A DNA stretch of 63,019 nucleotides, the filler included, from Octopus bimaculoides (taxonomy: Eukaryota), in the NCBI RefSeq assembly GCF_001194135.2. It is 7 parts of 7 records of this genome, joined end to end, with 100 filler letters (N's around TTAATTAATTAA, not from the genome) between each part and the next. Parts side by side here need not be neighbours in the genome. Positions count along the whole stretch, not along the records: positions 10,862 to 21,377 come from NC_068982.1; positions 21,478 to 41,632 come from NC_068983.1; 5 more parts are not named here. The stretch is one strand, 5' to 3'. Under the pieces are notes generated by a model. The model had not been told where the DNA came from. It did not search any database and saw only the letters and a program-made list of their open reading frames with translations. Position 1 is the stretch's first letter; every line of letters begins with the position of its first letter. A program made the translations under genes and the position numbers. Below, in pieces: positions 12,826 through 24,488 of this stretch.

Positions 12826-13017
12826 TTATTCATTTATTATGGCAACAAGTTTAATGTTCATCTCTGTACTAGGGCTACTGGGAAGGTTATCAAAGCTTAG
12901 TATATGCACTAATTCTTTCAGCCATTTTAGATTCCAAGGTTGTTCCTTTTCTATTACCATGGCTTTTTTCCACAAGAATTGGTAACTTTCCTTTTCTCTC
13001 CACAAATGATCAGCCAT
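12826..13017 (-). mobile_element. Possible R4/Dong-like LINE fragment
   Basis: KESYQFLWKK...EKEQPWNLKWLKEL resembles the FW..IW...EHN..AEWL segment upstream of RT in this clade. Confidence 0.4.
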
Positions 13018-13502
13018 GCCTGATTTTTTCCTCTTTCCTTGGAGATTATGACTTTACAATGTCCCACTAGCCTTACTTTTCAAGGAAAACTAGTCTCACC
13101 TTTATATTCATTAGAATACACACAATTCTTGGCCATGATCTATCTCTTGACCATCACTTCATGTTCTCTTATTTCCCCACACTTGTTTCTTTCTAACTGT
13201 GTTGTCACCCCACTTCACCAATACACGTTAACTATCTTTGATTAACTTATCATCCATTCCACACTCATACATTTCATGTGTTATTTTAGCCATTGACAAC
13301 ATGTTTCAAGTCAGCTGACAATTTCAAAAAATCAAACCAAGAATAACTTCCTGGCTTAATTTTCATACATTGAAAAAGTATGTTAATTTATTCGAGATGG
13401 CTATGCCCACATGCATTATGTGATCACATGATTTAACATTTCTAATAGTTGCTGATATTCATAATGATGAAATTTCTTCCATAAAATTTCTTAACCAATT
13501 TC

Positions 13503-13700
13503 ATCATCATCATCCTTTAACATCTTTTTTCCATGCTGACATGGGTTGGACAGCTTGACCAGAGCTGGGACGCTGGAGAGCTGCACCGGGTTCCAGTCTG
13601 ATTTGGCTTGATTTCTGATGCTGGATGACCTTCCCAACACCAACCACTTTACAGTGTGTGTTTAGTGCCTTTAATGTAGCACTGGCACAGGACTCTTGCA
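13503..13700 (-). mobile_element. RTE-type LINE 3' end
   Basis: catcatcatcctttaacatc...ccatgctgacatgggttgga...ctggatgaccttcccaacacc matches the 10862 copy in reverse. Confidence 0.8.
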
Positions 13701-14126
13701 GGCCCTCTTCACAAGAAGATGCTCCCTTAACGCTTCTGCTGTGGAGGAAAACAACTTATACATAAATGCAATACTCTGAGCAAGAAGAGTTTTAATACCT
13801 TACTCAAAATACAACATAATGAGATATTAACTTGGCTTTTATCCAAGTGGTCGACAATTCATCTTTCTTGGTACTGTAAAACTGAAAAAACAGCAGAGAT
13901 AAAAAATAAAAAAAGGGGGTGTCTAGAAACTAAAATAGCATATTTGCAAAACTTTATCAAAATAATGTTTATATTTGCTTTAAGCTATTGAACTAAGCAT
14001 TAAATTCACATTCGAATTTAGCTCAATTGTCTGTTTAAATTACATAATATTTTCAAACTCATCAGCTTTGATTACAAACCAAACATTTCTTCACTTCAGT
14101 CCAAATTTGTTCTCTTTATACTTGTA

Positions 14127-15059
14127 CCGTAAATCCTTGAGTATAATCTGCATTTTTTTCCCCCAAATTTAAAGGTCAAAATCCCTAGTGCGTACTATAT
14201 ACGAAGTTAAAAATGAAAAATATTTTCTAAGCAATGTCCGAGTCTCTATTTGCTGTCCAGCAACGTTTAAATAAACCCAAGCATTTAAAAAAACGTCACA
14301 AACCAGATGTTGCTATCATTCCAGGGGGTATGACCTCCATATTGCAGCCATTAGATGTCTCTATTAACAAACAGATTAAAAACAAATTGCGTGATTTATG
14401 GACTAAATGGATGTCGCTGGAGAAAAGTTGTTCACTAAAGGTGGAAGGGTTCGCACTCCCGACCTGACTTTGATAAGCATGTGGATCGTGTATGCATGGA
14501 ATGAACCTGATCCACAGATTATTGTGAAAAGTTTTATCAAATGTTGTATATCGTCTGCATTGGATGGTACTCAGGATGACATTGTATGGAAAGATGAAAT
14601 AAATGAAAGTGAATCTTCTGATGTTGACTATGAATCTGACGATGATGGAGATTTACACTACAATGATGCTGACATGTTTATGGAGGAACAAATGGAACAG
14701 TTATTTGATGCTGAAAGTGACATTGAATTTGAATAAATGTTTTTGCTTTTGCTTTTGTAACTGATAGTGATAAATATGTAAAAGCAATTTACTTGATATC
14801 TATTTTTCAGTGACGTTATTACTGTTATTTCTTTATTTTCTGCAAACAAAGTGCACAAAAAAGCTACATGTTTGCATTATGTTATATATACAATAATAAT
14901 AAATTAAGTTACCATATATATATGTTTACAAACCAAGGACGTTATATAGACCTCCTTGACTCAAGTTAGAGAAGAGGTGCGTATTATACACAAGGTTTAG
15001 GTTTTACAGAGGTAAAGCCCCCTAAAAATCCCCTGCGTATTATACTTGAGGATTTACGG
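14127..15059 (+). mobile_element. Internally deleted pogo/Tigger-like DNA transposon with both TIRs and TA target duplication
   Basis: Left TA|ccgtaaatccttgagtataatctgca and right tgcgtattatacttgaggatttacgg|TA. Contains IIPGGMTSILQPLDVSINK and AWNEPDPQIIVKSFIKCCISSALDGTQDD (pogo DDE C-terminus). Confidence 0.92.
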
Positions 15060-15149
15060 TATGTGATGCTTTTTGAACTTCTTTAAGTTAATGCATATGA
15101 TGACATCATATATTGGATGATTTAATACAGCCAGATTTTGATTTCAAAT

Positions 15150-15900
15150 TACCAGCATCCAACACATCTCAGAGGTTTAATATGCAAATTACAATGCTGC
15201 TCTTTGCCTCACACATCAGAAACTCCAGAAATCAGTCAACAATTTCATCAAAGATTTGGCTTTGCAGTGAATATCAAGAAGACTGAAGTCTTTACCCAAC
15301 CAGCTCTCAAAGACAAAACTAACACGCACACACACACACACACATTTCAAGCCTCTCTTTCCTTATTTTGTAAGTATTTTTTCCAGCACATGCATTTGAA
15401 AATACAGAAGTAGATCAGCCTATTCAGTATCTTGAAAACTGGTAAAACAAGCAAACAGCTAACCCCCAAAATGAAAATAATAGTCGATCAAGCGGTCATC
15501 ATCTCAACTTGGATACTTTATCAAGAAGACATCAAAAAACTGAAGTGATTCCATCAAAAAAGAGCTCTGTGCAATCTTAAACATCAAATGAGAGAACGAT
15601 GTGACAGGGCTGTCCTAGAAAAAGACAACAGTCAAAGCATAGAATCCACCATCATGAAATAACAATGGTTAGGAGACATTTAGAATGAAAAGAAAAGAAA
15701 ATTACCAAGTCAGATCCTTTCTTTTAAATTAACCACTGAGAAAGGACTATAAGGTCATCCTTTCAGCCATTACAAACATCAGTTAATGTTAACTCACAAA
15801 ATGGTTGGAACTGAGATATCCAACTGGCGTCACTACCACCACCAGAACTGACCGTTTTCAAGTCAAAAAAAAAAGGAAAAGTCAAAGGAAAATGTCAAGA
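15150..15900 (+). mobile_element. Decayed RTE-BovB-like LINE, RT C-terminal region
   Basis: RFGFAVNIKKTEVFTQP, LTPKMKIIV.QAVIISTL, WILYQEDIKKLK.FHQ, SIESTIMK, KLPSQIL. Confidence 0.7.
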
Positions 15901-16759
15901 GCACAAGGTATAACATGTCCATCACCATCTCTTCCTCGTTATCTTTGTTATCACCCGTTTTGTGATGATTGGCCTTCTCAGTCACCAATTCCATCAACAG
16001 AGAAGAACCACTCAATCAGGAGTTAAATCAAAGTTCTCAGACAAGGGAAACAACGAATGACAGTTTGAACTGTAATTAATTGAGTTTCATTGAATGTAAC
16101 AATTTGTTTTTGCAAACATTACATCAAAAAAACTGTATTATTATAGTTTTTTGTTCTTCATTTTCTATTTAGTTTAATGGTATACAGCTTATTTTGTTTA
16201 TGAAAGTTTTCTCCCCAAGTCTAACTTGACAGCTGGAATATTCATCTAAGCACAGGAAATATTAAATATTGTAATTTACAAGACAAAATAATAATAATAA
16301 TGATACACTTATAATATCAGGCTTCAGCAGGAAACTTAGATATTTTACAAAGAAACTTAAAGAATACCATAAAGGAAATATTAAATAGTCAAATTCACAA
16401 ATCTATATTTCAAAACATAAAAATGTGTTACCTAAAATGACTTCTTTGTTTCTTAATTCATGAGACTAAAACTGAATTTGTAAAAGTATGAGTGGCAGAG
16501 CATTTATTTAACTGACAACAAAATATTTGAAAATATTTAATTCATTACTTGGTAAATGCTTGAACATCCCAACACCTTATTTCAGAAATATTTGGAACTA
16601 AAGCCATTTGCTCATTTAGAAAAAACTATACAAGATCAAAGACTTGAAATTCCAAAGAAATTCTTCAGTTCTCATTAAACTTAAGTTAAATTTACAACCA
16701 TTAAATTTGATTTTAAATTAATTTGAAATCAGAAAAAAAAGTAATTTCTTTTATCTGGT

Positions 16760-17105
16760 TTTAGTTTTTGAACTGCAGTCATGCTAAGGTACTGCCATGA
16801 AGGGTTTAGTTGAATGTACTTATTCTGGTACTTATTCTATCAGTCTCTTTAACCAAACTGCTAATTTACAGAGGCATAAACAAACCAGCATCGGGTGTCA
16901 AACAGTGAGGAGGGGACAAACACAAAGACATGCATAGATAGATATACAATGGGCTTCTATCAGTTTCTTTTTACCAATTCCGCTCACACAACTTTGGTTG
17001 ATCTGAAACTAGAGTAAAAGATACTTGCTCAAGATGATGTACAAAGGGACTGAACCCAAGACCATAGATGGTTGAGAAGCTGAGTAAACTTCTCAACTAC
17101 ACAAG
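16760..17105 (-). mobile_element. Old (CpG-decayed) tRNA-derived SINE, family 1
   Basis: Alignable by eye to family-1 copies with many CG to TG/CA changes. Confidence 0.8.
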
Positions 17106-17792
17106 TCAACTAAGGAAATCCTGTTCACCTCTTTAGTGTTTCAAAAAGAACAGGAAGCTGTTTAATTCTTGAGTGCAAACTGATTGTAGTCTTGTATACC
17201 TAACTAACTTTATTCTTTTGTGGTGAATGAAGAAATTATCATATTCTAATAATGATGATTATGATTGTGTGCTTTAACTGAATAATCAAGCACAGCTGTG
17301 TGTACCTTGAATATATGCAGTTCTGTTTTGGTTTTGTTGCTTCTATTTTTGAAAGTGCTTTGTATGTAGTGCATATTTGTAAGCCCAGGGGTTTGGGTTG
17401 TGTCTGCATGCTTTTATATATATATATATNNNNNNNNNNNNNNNNNNNNNNNNNNNNNNNNNNNNNNNNNNNNNNNNNNNNNNNNNNNNNNNNNNNNNNN
17501 NNNNNNNNNNNNNNNNNNNNNNNNNNNNNNNNNNCTTTTGGATCTTTTCACTCCGAGTCAAAATACTGATGAGGTCAACTTGGCCTTTCATCTTTTGGGT
17601 GCAATAAAATAAAGTAGCAATGAAGTACTGAGGTCAATGTCATGAAGGTGTTCCTTCCTTTCAAGATGACTAGATTTGTGTCAAAATTAGGAATTATATT
17701 ACTATTTTTATTAATAAAATGCTTAGTAGCCTTTCATTCATCCTTATGTTCCAGGTTCAAATTCTTTTGAAGTCGAGGTTTGCATCTTAGCA

Positions 17793-18310
17793 GTGATTCC
17801 TGATGGGCTAGGGACTCTTCCTGTTTTCATATCCTTAACTGCTTCATCTACCAGGGTACTATCAATTCGGATAGCTGGTCCCTCAGTTGGGTCAACATTC
17901 GGCAGACACTCCTCCCATTCATTCTCTACAATCAGCAGTCTTTCAGAATGGCATCTTCAAGCCTTGGTAACTTGCAGAAGAATATCATAAAAGTGGTGCT
18001 TCTGTTCATTTGGTAGGCCTGCTTGTGGGGCATAGGCAGATATAATAGCTATACTATTCTGCAAGACAAGCTTGAGCCTAAGTACTCTATTGCATACTCT
18101 AACTACCACTATGACCTTATCCACTCATTTCTCAACCAGGTGTATGCCCACACCACCTATTCTGTCACTGTTACCTTCCCAGAAGATTTTATACCTGTGT
18201 CTTGCCTGTGAGGAACCTGGCTGAAGCTCCTCTCCACCTAACCTCTTGGATGCAACATACATCAACATGCCTCCTTTCAAGCATCTCTACAATCTTGTTA
18301 GATCTACATA
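17793..18310 (-). mobile_element. RTE LINE fragment: APE endonuclease fused by internal deletion to RT N-terminus
   Basis: VEMLERRHVDVCCIQEVRWRGASARFL, IFWEGNSDRIGGVGI, ISAYAPQAGLPNEQKHHFYD, then WRCHSERLL...VDEAVKDMKTGRVPSPSGIT. Confidence 0.85.
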
Positions 18311-18409
18311 TGTGTGAGTATGCTTGTATGTGTGTGTGTATGTTTGCATATACCCTTGTGTTGGCATCAACAAATCAGTGCATTGTTCAGTTCTAGTCTT
18401 CCACAAAAA

Positions 18410-18555
18410 ATGTCTGGCCACAGGAAATATTATTTTGCTTGGAAACAAGGTAGGGATTGGTGACAGGAAGGGCCCTCAACTGTAGAAAATCTACCTCAAC
18501 AAATTCCATCTGACCCATGAAAGCATGGGAAAGTGGATATTAAATGATGATGATA
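18410..18555 (+). mobile_element. RTE-type LINE 3' end
   Basis: caactgtagaaaatctacctc...cccatgaaagcatgggaaagtggatattaaatgatgatgat. Confidence 0.7.
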
Positions 18556-19439
18556 AGACTAAAATTAAAATTCAATACTAATTGTATTCCTATCAACCCG
18601 TGTTCAATAATGCTGCTAGTGTTGATCTAAATTTCTTCCTTTGTGTAGGATAGGGGTTCAATTCATTCAACTACATTGTCACTCCTTTTCAATAACTGGC
18701 CTTGTGCCTAGGCAAGAAACTATTTTATAATTGTTTATCTGGAGTAGTATGAGTAGAAAGAGTTTGAATAGTAATTCGATCCAAGTGAAATATCTTTCCC
18801 AAGAACATATCTGTTGATTTCAGTTTATCACACTTTATAACCCCGATTTCAATAAGTCATTCACATTATTTGTTGTTTTGTTTTTTGTTATTTTTTGTTG
18901 CTGTTGCTTTTTTTTTTGGGGGGGGGGGGTTATGATTATCATTTTAACATATGCACATAAAATATCTTGCCAAATGGGAATTCATAGTTAGGTTGATATA
19001 CTTGCTTGGTAGATAACTTCTCAATTTTGTTGCTGATGCAGCATTTGAGAATTTCGCATTACAAATCATTTAGATAGCTAACAAGTTATCTAGTTTAATA
19101 TTCAAAGAATATATATATTTTAAATTAGCCAATGAGTAGGTGGGGAAACATGAATGTGCATGTGTGTGCTTATGTGAAATAGATAAGAAAAAATAAATAT
19201 AACCAGCAGGTGTTTAGTGATTTATGTAAACATACATGTACTGAAACTGTTATATATGTTATGAACAATTATACAGCAAAGTAAGTACAAATATAAATCA
19301 ATTTTAAACATAACAACATAGATTCATTTACACAAATCCATTTTGAAGACAATGAATTTGTAATTCAGAACTCAGAATATAAATATGCTCTTTAGTATTT
19401 ACATTTTCACCAGTTTAACCTTGTGAACCTTGGTAATTT

Positions 19440-20390
19440 TTTATATAAAGTTTATCGCATTCGCTGGACCATTTTGGGAATTGTATGCTGAACCACATGT
19501 CCATAATATCATTATAATTGGGTTAGAATTCCATCAAACTTGGTGATATTAAAAAGTATCACAGTAACAAAATGAATAGTTGGATGAATTTTTCAAAAAA
19601 TTCCCTTATTTAGCAGCAAAATCTTAAAAGGTTCCTAAGTTGCCCCAGTTCCTGAGAAAGTCATCCAAAAAAAACTTTTACTGGCAATACTCTTGAAACT
19701 AAAGAATGCATTAACTACATTCTTACAACCAGTACTGGATCTTGGTAAATAGTAAACATGATAATAGTAGTTCATACTTGCATCTCAATATAGAAGACAT
19801 CACACGAAAAATCTCTAATCTTTCTCAAGACAAATTACACATCTATTGTGTCCAGTGGCATTTTCATCTTGCACACAAATGCAATGCATATTCTCAAGAC
19901 AACCTTTGGTGTTAGTATTTCAAAGTATTGGTTGTGGAGTTGACTGACTGAAGGTTGAGACTATTGCCCAATTTTGTAATAGTTGTCCTACAACCAGCAG
20001 TGCTTTTGTATCATTGATGACACAGGAGCTGAACGCAGTCTGCATAAACATCTTCACAGTCAAGGGATTTTTTTCTTTTCTTTTTTTTTTTTGTCTAAAG
20101 GTATGTTGACAACACTGGGCTTAGTAAGCTGAATGTACAATTCCAGTGTGGTTTTGAGGTCTCAAAACAGCCTTTATTTCATCTTTGGTATTTTCTTTCC
20201 ATAATTTTGCTACATAGGTATTAAGTTTCTCAGATTTTATCACAGCAGCCTGATGGCTGGTTTCTGTAACAAAGAAATCCCAAAGTTCATCTGTCCAAAA
20301 GATTTCAAAGAATTCCTTTGGTTTAAATGTTTCCATCAAAATTTTGAAGGTTCTTTACACCTGGGGTACTGTGTGGAACAAACACAGATT
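19440..20390 (-). mobile_element. Decayed piggyBac-like transposase remnant
   Basis: FKPKEFFEIFWTDELWDFFVTETSHQA...WKENTKDEIKA (piggyBac N-terminal core) and a decayed Cys-rich C-terminus (H..C..RCVIC) near 19780-19900. Confidence 0.8.
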
Positions 20391-21377
20391 GAATGAATAT
20401 GGCAACATTAGCAATATCTTAATATTAATAGAGCAAGTCTATCTCCTCACTAAACAACTTTCCTCTAAGTTGTACTTGGCAATCACTTGAAGCTAAAGAA
20501 TTCCTCAATCATATAATTGAATGAACTTTTTTAAACATAGGATTATCCAGTCAGCTAATCTAAGAGCTATGAGCAGAACATTCCCACTTTGAAATTCAAC
20601 ATTTCCATATCGTATTTGGGTGAATTTTAACCCAAATACCAATTGAAAAATAGTTAAAATTATTTGAATTAAGGAGTTGCAAGATATTAGTTGGTGCAGC
20701 CATTGTAATATATTCCTCCCTATTCAGAGAACATAGTTATGTGTTACTTTGTTAAGTTGGTTATGGCTTTATGTTCATCCGTTGGGTTGATTAAAGAAGC
20801 TCTCCTCCTACTTCGACAGTTGAGTTAAAAGTTAAGAAAATCTAGCTGTAGCAGTATGCAAATCAGGTTATAAAAACAATCCCACCTATCAAAGCATGTA
20901 AAACAATAAATAAAAAATTTATTTCATTAAATCATTTTATGAACACACTAAATAGTATTTTATGAACACACTATATAGAAAAAGGAAAAAAGTAGGAACG
21001 AGAGTAAGAGTAATAATCTAGAAAGCTTTTACTAATTGAAACTGAAGTAGTTTAAAAAAATAATAATAATAAACACTCAGCAGATTTTTGCACAGTTGAC
21101 ACTGGATATATTTCATAAGCAACAATCAATCACAAGTAAAATCAACCCAGCAGGAATATTGCACACATCTACTCCCCCTCTCCCAATTTTCAAGGACAAA
21201 TTAAATAATATAGAGAAAGTTGATATTTACAAAGATAGAGGATTTTGTTTCATAATGAAAGTTGATATATAGAATTTGGATTTTGTTGGCATTTATGAAG
21301 TTCTACAAATTAATGTAATCAATGGACACATTTTCAATTGTTAAGTGCAGAAACTGAGATACTCTTGTACTTGTTTC

Positions 21378-21477
21378 NNNNNNNNNNNNNNNNNNNNNNN
21401 NNNNNNNNNNNNNNNNNNNNNTTAATTAATTAANNNNNNNNNNNNNNNNNNNNNNNNNNNNNNNNNNNNNNNNNNNN
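21378..21477. other. Artificial assembly spacer N44-TTAATTAATTAA-N44
   Basis: Same structure as the 10762 spacer; palindrome at 21422-21433. Confidence 0.97.
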
Positions 21478-21609
21478 TTACTGTTAATACTTCATTTAGA
21501 GAATTAACATTGCTTGTTTTCACCTTTTCGATATCAGTGAAGAATTTCACTGGAAAAGTAGATATAAGATTGCCAGGTTTTTGTCTCTCTCACCAGGGTC
21601 AGTAGCTAT

Positions 21610-21654
21610 CGAACGCCGACGAAGGGAAATAACCCTGAAATCCGGATCCGTTCG
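21610..21654 (+). ncRNA. Minimal type I hammerhead ribozyme (Penelope/retrozyme-like), C3-C4 core variant
   Basis: CGAACG [CCGACGA] AGGG-aaataa-CCCT [GAAA] TCCGGA [TC] CGTTCG. Helix I 6 bp, helix II 4 bp, palindromic helix III ATCCGGAT, AUC cleavage triplet. Confidence 0.8.
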
Positions 21655-22174
21655 TGCTGCAGATCGTGGTGAGAGGGATAACTTCCCTTGGCAAACAGGA
21701 CACAGTCGTGTGTCGATAAGCCAGCTGGAGGAGATGTCCTCCTGGGGCTAAAAGCAACAGTAACATCCACCCCTAGGGGTCAGCCACACTTAAGTGGCAA
21801 TATACTACACTTTATATTATAATTGCTATGCATATGTCACTATTAAGGTTGTTTGGAGCCCTGCAATAGGTGTTCCAAGTGCATTAAAATGCTCAACCAC
21901 AAAGGATTATCAGAGGACACTTTTTTGTATTGACCCATTAAGGCTTGATGTACACTTAAGTGTACAAAATTAAACTGTCTATTGACTTTGAACAAGTCCC
22001 ATATTGGCCATAATTTTAGCTGACTTACTTTAAGTAGGTATCAAAATTTAATCAAATGCATTGTGGGATTCTCATGAAGTTCTTTCAAGACAGCAGTTTC
22101 AACTGGTATAGCTGTGAGGGAAGTTTCTGGTCACCTGAGCAGTTTTCCCTCAAAATATAGGCTAGTGAAGGCTT

Positions 22175-22493
22175 CTATCTATCTATGCGCCCCTTTCAAG
22201 CCTAGCCAGGCTTATGGGCCCAGTTTCCCAGTTTCTATGGCGTATGTGTCCCCCCACCCAGCTGGACAGGATGCCAGTCCATCGCAGCGTTACTCAAGAA
22301 TCAGGAAGAAACAGTGAGAGAAAGTTGGGGCTAAAGAGTACAACAGGGGTCGCTACCACCCTGCTGCCAGAGCCTCATGGAGCTTTAGGTGTTTTCACTC
22401 AATAAACACACACAATGCCCAGTCTGGGAATCAAAACTGTGATTCTCTGACCGCTAGTCTGCTGCCCTAAACACTGGGCCATTGCGCCTCCAC
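22175..22493 (-). mobile_element. tRNA-derived SINE, family 2 variant, with 11-bp TSD
   Basis: Head ggaggcgcaatggcccagtg; TSD agtgaaggctt at 22164-22174 and 22494-22504. Confidence 0.9.
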
Positions 22494-22805
22494 AGTGAAG
22501 GCTTACTTTTATTATTTTTTTCTAATTTGTATGTTTGTTTCTTGTTTTCTTCAATATCTAAAGTGTAGATCATCATGTAAATTTTTTATACACGTAAGTG
22601 TGCATCAGGAATATAAGGAATACAGGACATCAATGTTTACAATTTTTTGTTTGTAAGCACAGGATGTTTCAATGAATGCATGGAGCCTGAATGACAATGA
22701 TGTTTGGCACACAAGTTTTTTTCTGAGTCTTGACAGATATTTTATCATCATGTTCTACCACAAGTTATATTTTTTACCTTTCAGTCCCTTTTACAACCAA
22801 AGCAA

Positions 22806-24488
22806 AAATATGACACTACAAACTACTATCACACCCAATGGTAATGGAAGTGATGTTGATGATTATTCAGAAAGGGATTCAGAAAATGTGATCCTTGAAG
22901 TATGTGAATAGGAGTGTGAAATGGAAGATGAAGTGCTAGAGGAGAGCAGCTTGACTGAAACTGAAAGTGATTCACCTAAATCAACCCCAAAAGCTAAACT
23001 GCCAAAAATTTCAACTGCATCATCATCAACATCGTTTAACGTCCGCTTTCCATGCTAGCATGGGTTGGATGATTCGACTGAGGACTGGTGAACCAGATGG
23101 CTTCACCAGGCTCCAATCTGATTTGGCAGAGTTTCTACAGCTGGATGCCCTTCCTAACGCCAACCACTCTGAGAGTGTAGTGGGTGCTTTTATGTGCCAC
23201 CAGCACGAGGGCCAGTCAGGCGGTACTGGCAATGGCCACGCTCAAAATGGTGTTTTTTACATGCCACCTGCATAGGAGCCAGTCCAGCGGCACCGGCAGC
23301 GACCTCGCTTGAATGTTTTCTAACGTGCCACCGGCACAAGTGCCAGTAAGGCAACGCTGGTAATGATCACGCTCAAATGGTGCTATTTATGTGCCACTGG
23401 CACGGAAGCCAGACAGCTGCTCTGGCAATGATCACGCTTGGACGCTGCTGTTAGTGCTCCACTGGCACAGGAGCCAATGACTCCAAAAATAATAAAGAAA
23501 TCTAATTTGTCTTGGTAATCAAAGGAGTTTCAATTACCTCAATGTGATGTACTAGACAATCCATTGAAATTAACAGAGAATAGTAGGTCGAAAACAAAAA
23601 GTGCACCAATTGATTTCTTTGATCTTTTGTGATGATTAATTTTTTTTTTTTTTTCAAATTTATCACGAGCCAAACTTTTACAATATTCAAGCAACTAAAA
23701 TCAGTCATAGTCAGCAAAATCAAGTGAGCCATAGGTATTTTACTTTACATGAATATTTGTAAACTACCAAATTGAAAGATGTATTGGGGCAATCAAATCG
23801 CTGTGCTTATCATTTCCACAAGCTTGACTCAAAATCATTTCAAATAAATTATATCCATATTATGTTTTTAGTGACAACAAAATTGTAATTTGTGGATGGT
23901 CTGGCAATTGCTGCCTTCTAACAATTTCCAACTTTGTTGTAAGAATCCTGTATCAGAGGCCAACTGCTATGAATCACAAGGAGCTGAAAGTACTTTGTCC
24001 TGCAAGTGTCAAAATCTACAACCACTACATAGGTGGGGCAGATAAAGCTGAAATGCTCTTCTCACTTTATCCAGTGATGCCATTTCCTGCATACCAGGAA
24101 ATGGTATCACCGGATGGCTTTTCATTTGATCCTGTTAGCTATTGCTAATACATTTGTCATCTTTAGCCAACTCAGAGGTACAAATTATTTGGTTGATTTC
24201 CATGCTAATACATGCAGAATTTTGTTCTAGGGAGAAAACAATAGTGACAGTGAAGATGAAAACAACATTCTTGCCAAGAAAGTACAATCATTGAAAGTAT
24301 CAGCAGTTCCAGGGTCAGTTCGTTTTCACAATATTGGTCACTGGCCTATACAATCCACCACTAACTGGTGCAAGATGAACTGGTGTAGCTGCCAGACAAA
24401 ATTTGTCTGTTCCAAGTGCCAAGTGTATCTGTGTGTGGCGAAAGTTGGAAAAAAAAGTTTACCCAAAGCTCATGGAGTTGCTTTATGA
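22806..24488 (+). mobile_element. Decayed piggyBac (PGBD2/3-like) transposase remnant, interrupted by an RTE 3' end
   Basis: Acidic N-terminus SDVDDYSERDSE, decayed YNHY(M)GGVD-type motif, WYHRMAFHLILLAIANTFVIF, C-terminus VPGSVRFHNIGHWP..CKMNWC..TKFVCSKCQVYLC. Confidence 0.85.
23020..23480 (-). mobile_element. RTE-type LINE 3' end with ~60-bp internal tandem repeats
   Basis: catcatcatcaacatcgtttaacgtccgctttccatgctagcatggg... is the reverse of the 10862 copy; repeated gccac..gcac..gccag..ctggcaatg units. Confidence 0.88.

Noticed and set aside
16576-16668. Plus-strand ttatttcag|KYLELKPFAHLEKTIQDQRLEIPKKFFSSH* exon-like stretch
   Set aside because: Short, no recognisable homology, and opposite strand to the other candidate exons in the piece.
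17566-17595. CTGATGAGGTCAACTTGGCC resembling a hammerhead core
   Set aside because: Part of a decayed family-3 SINE; no GAAA or helix III follows.
21422-21433. TTAATTAATTAA as a biological motif (homeodomain or piggyBac site)
   Set aside because: Always centred in exactly 44+44 Ns; it is an assembly linker.
22470-22493. tRNA-like heads at 22493, 29778, 30598, 35324 and 54070 as tRNA genes
   Set aside because: They continue into SINE bodies, several with TSDs, and lack a complete cloverleaf.
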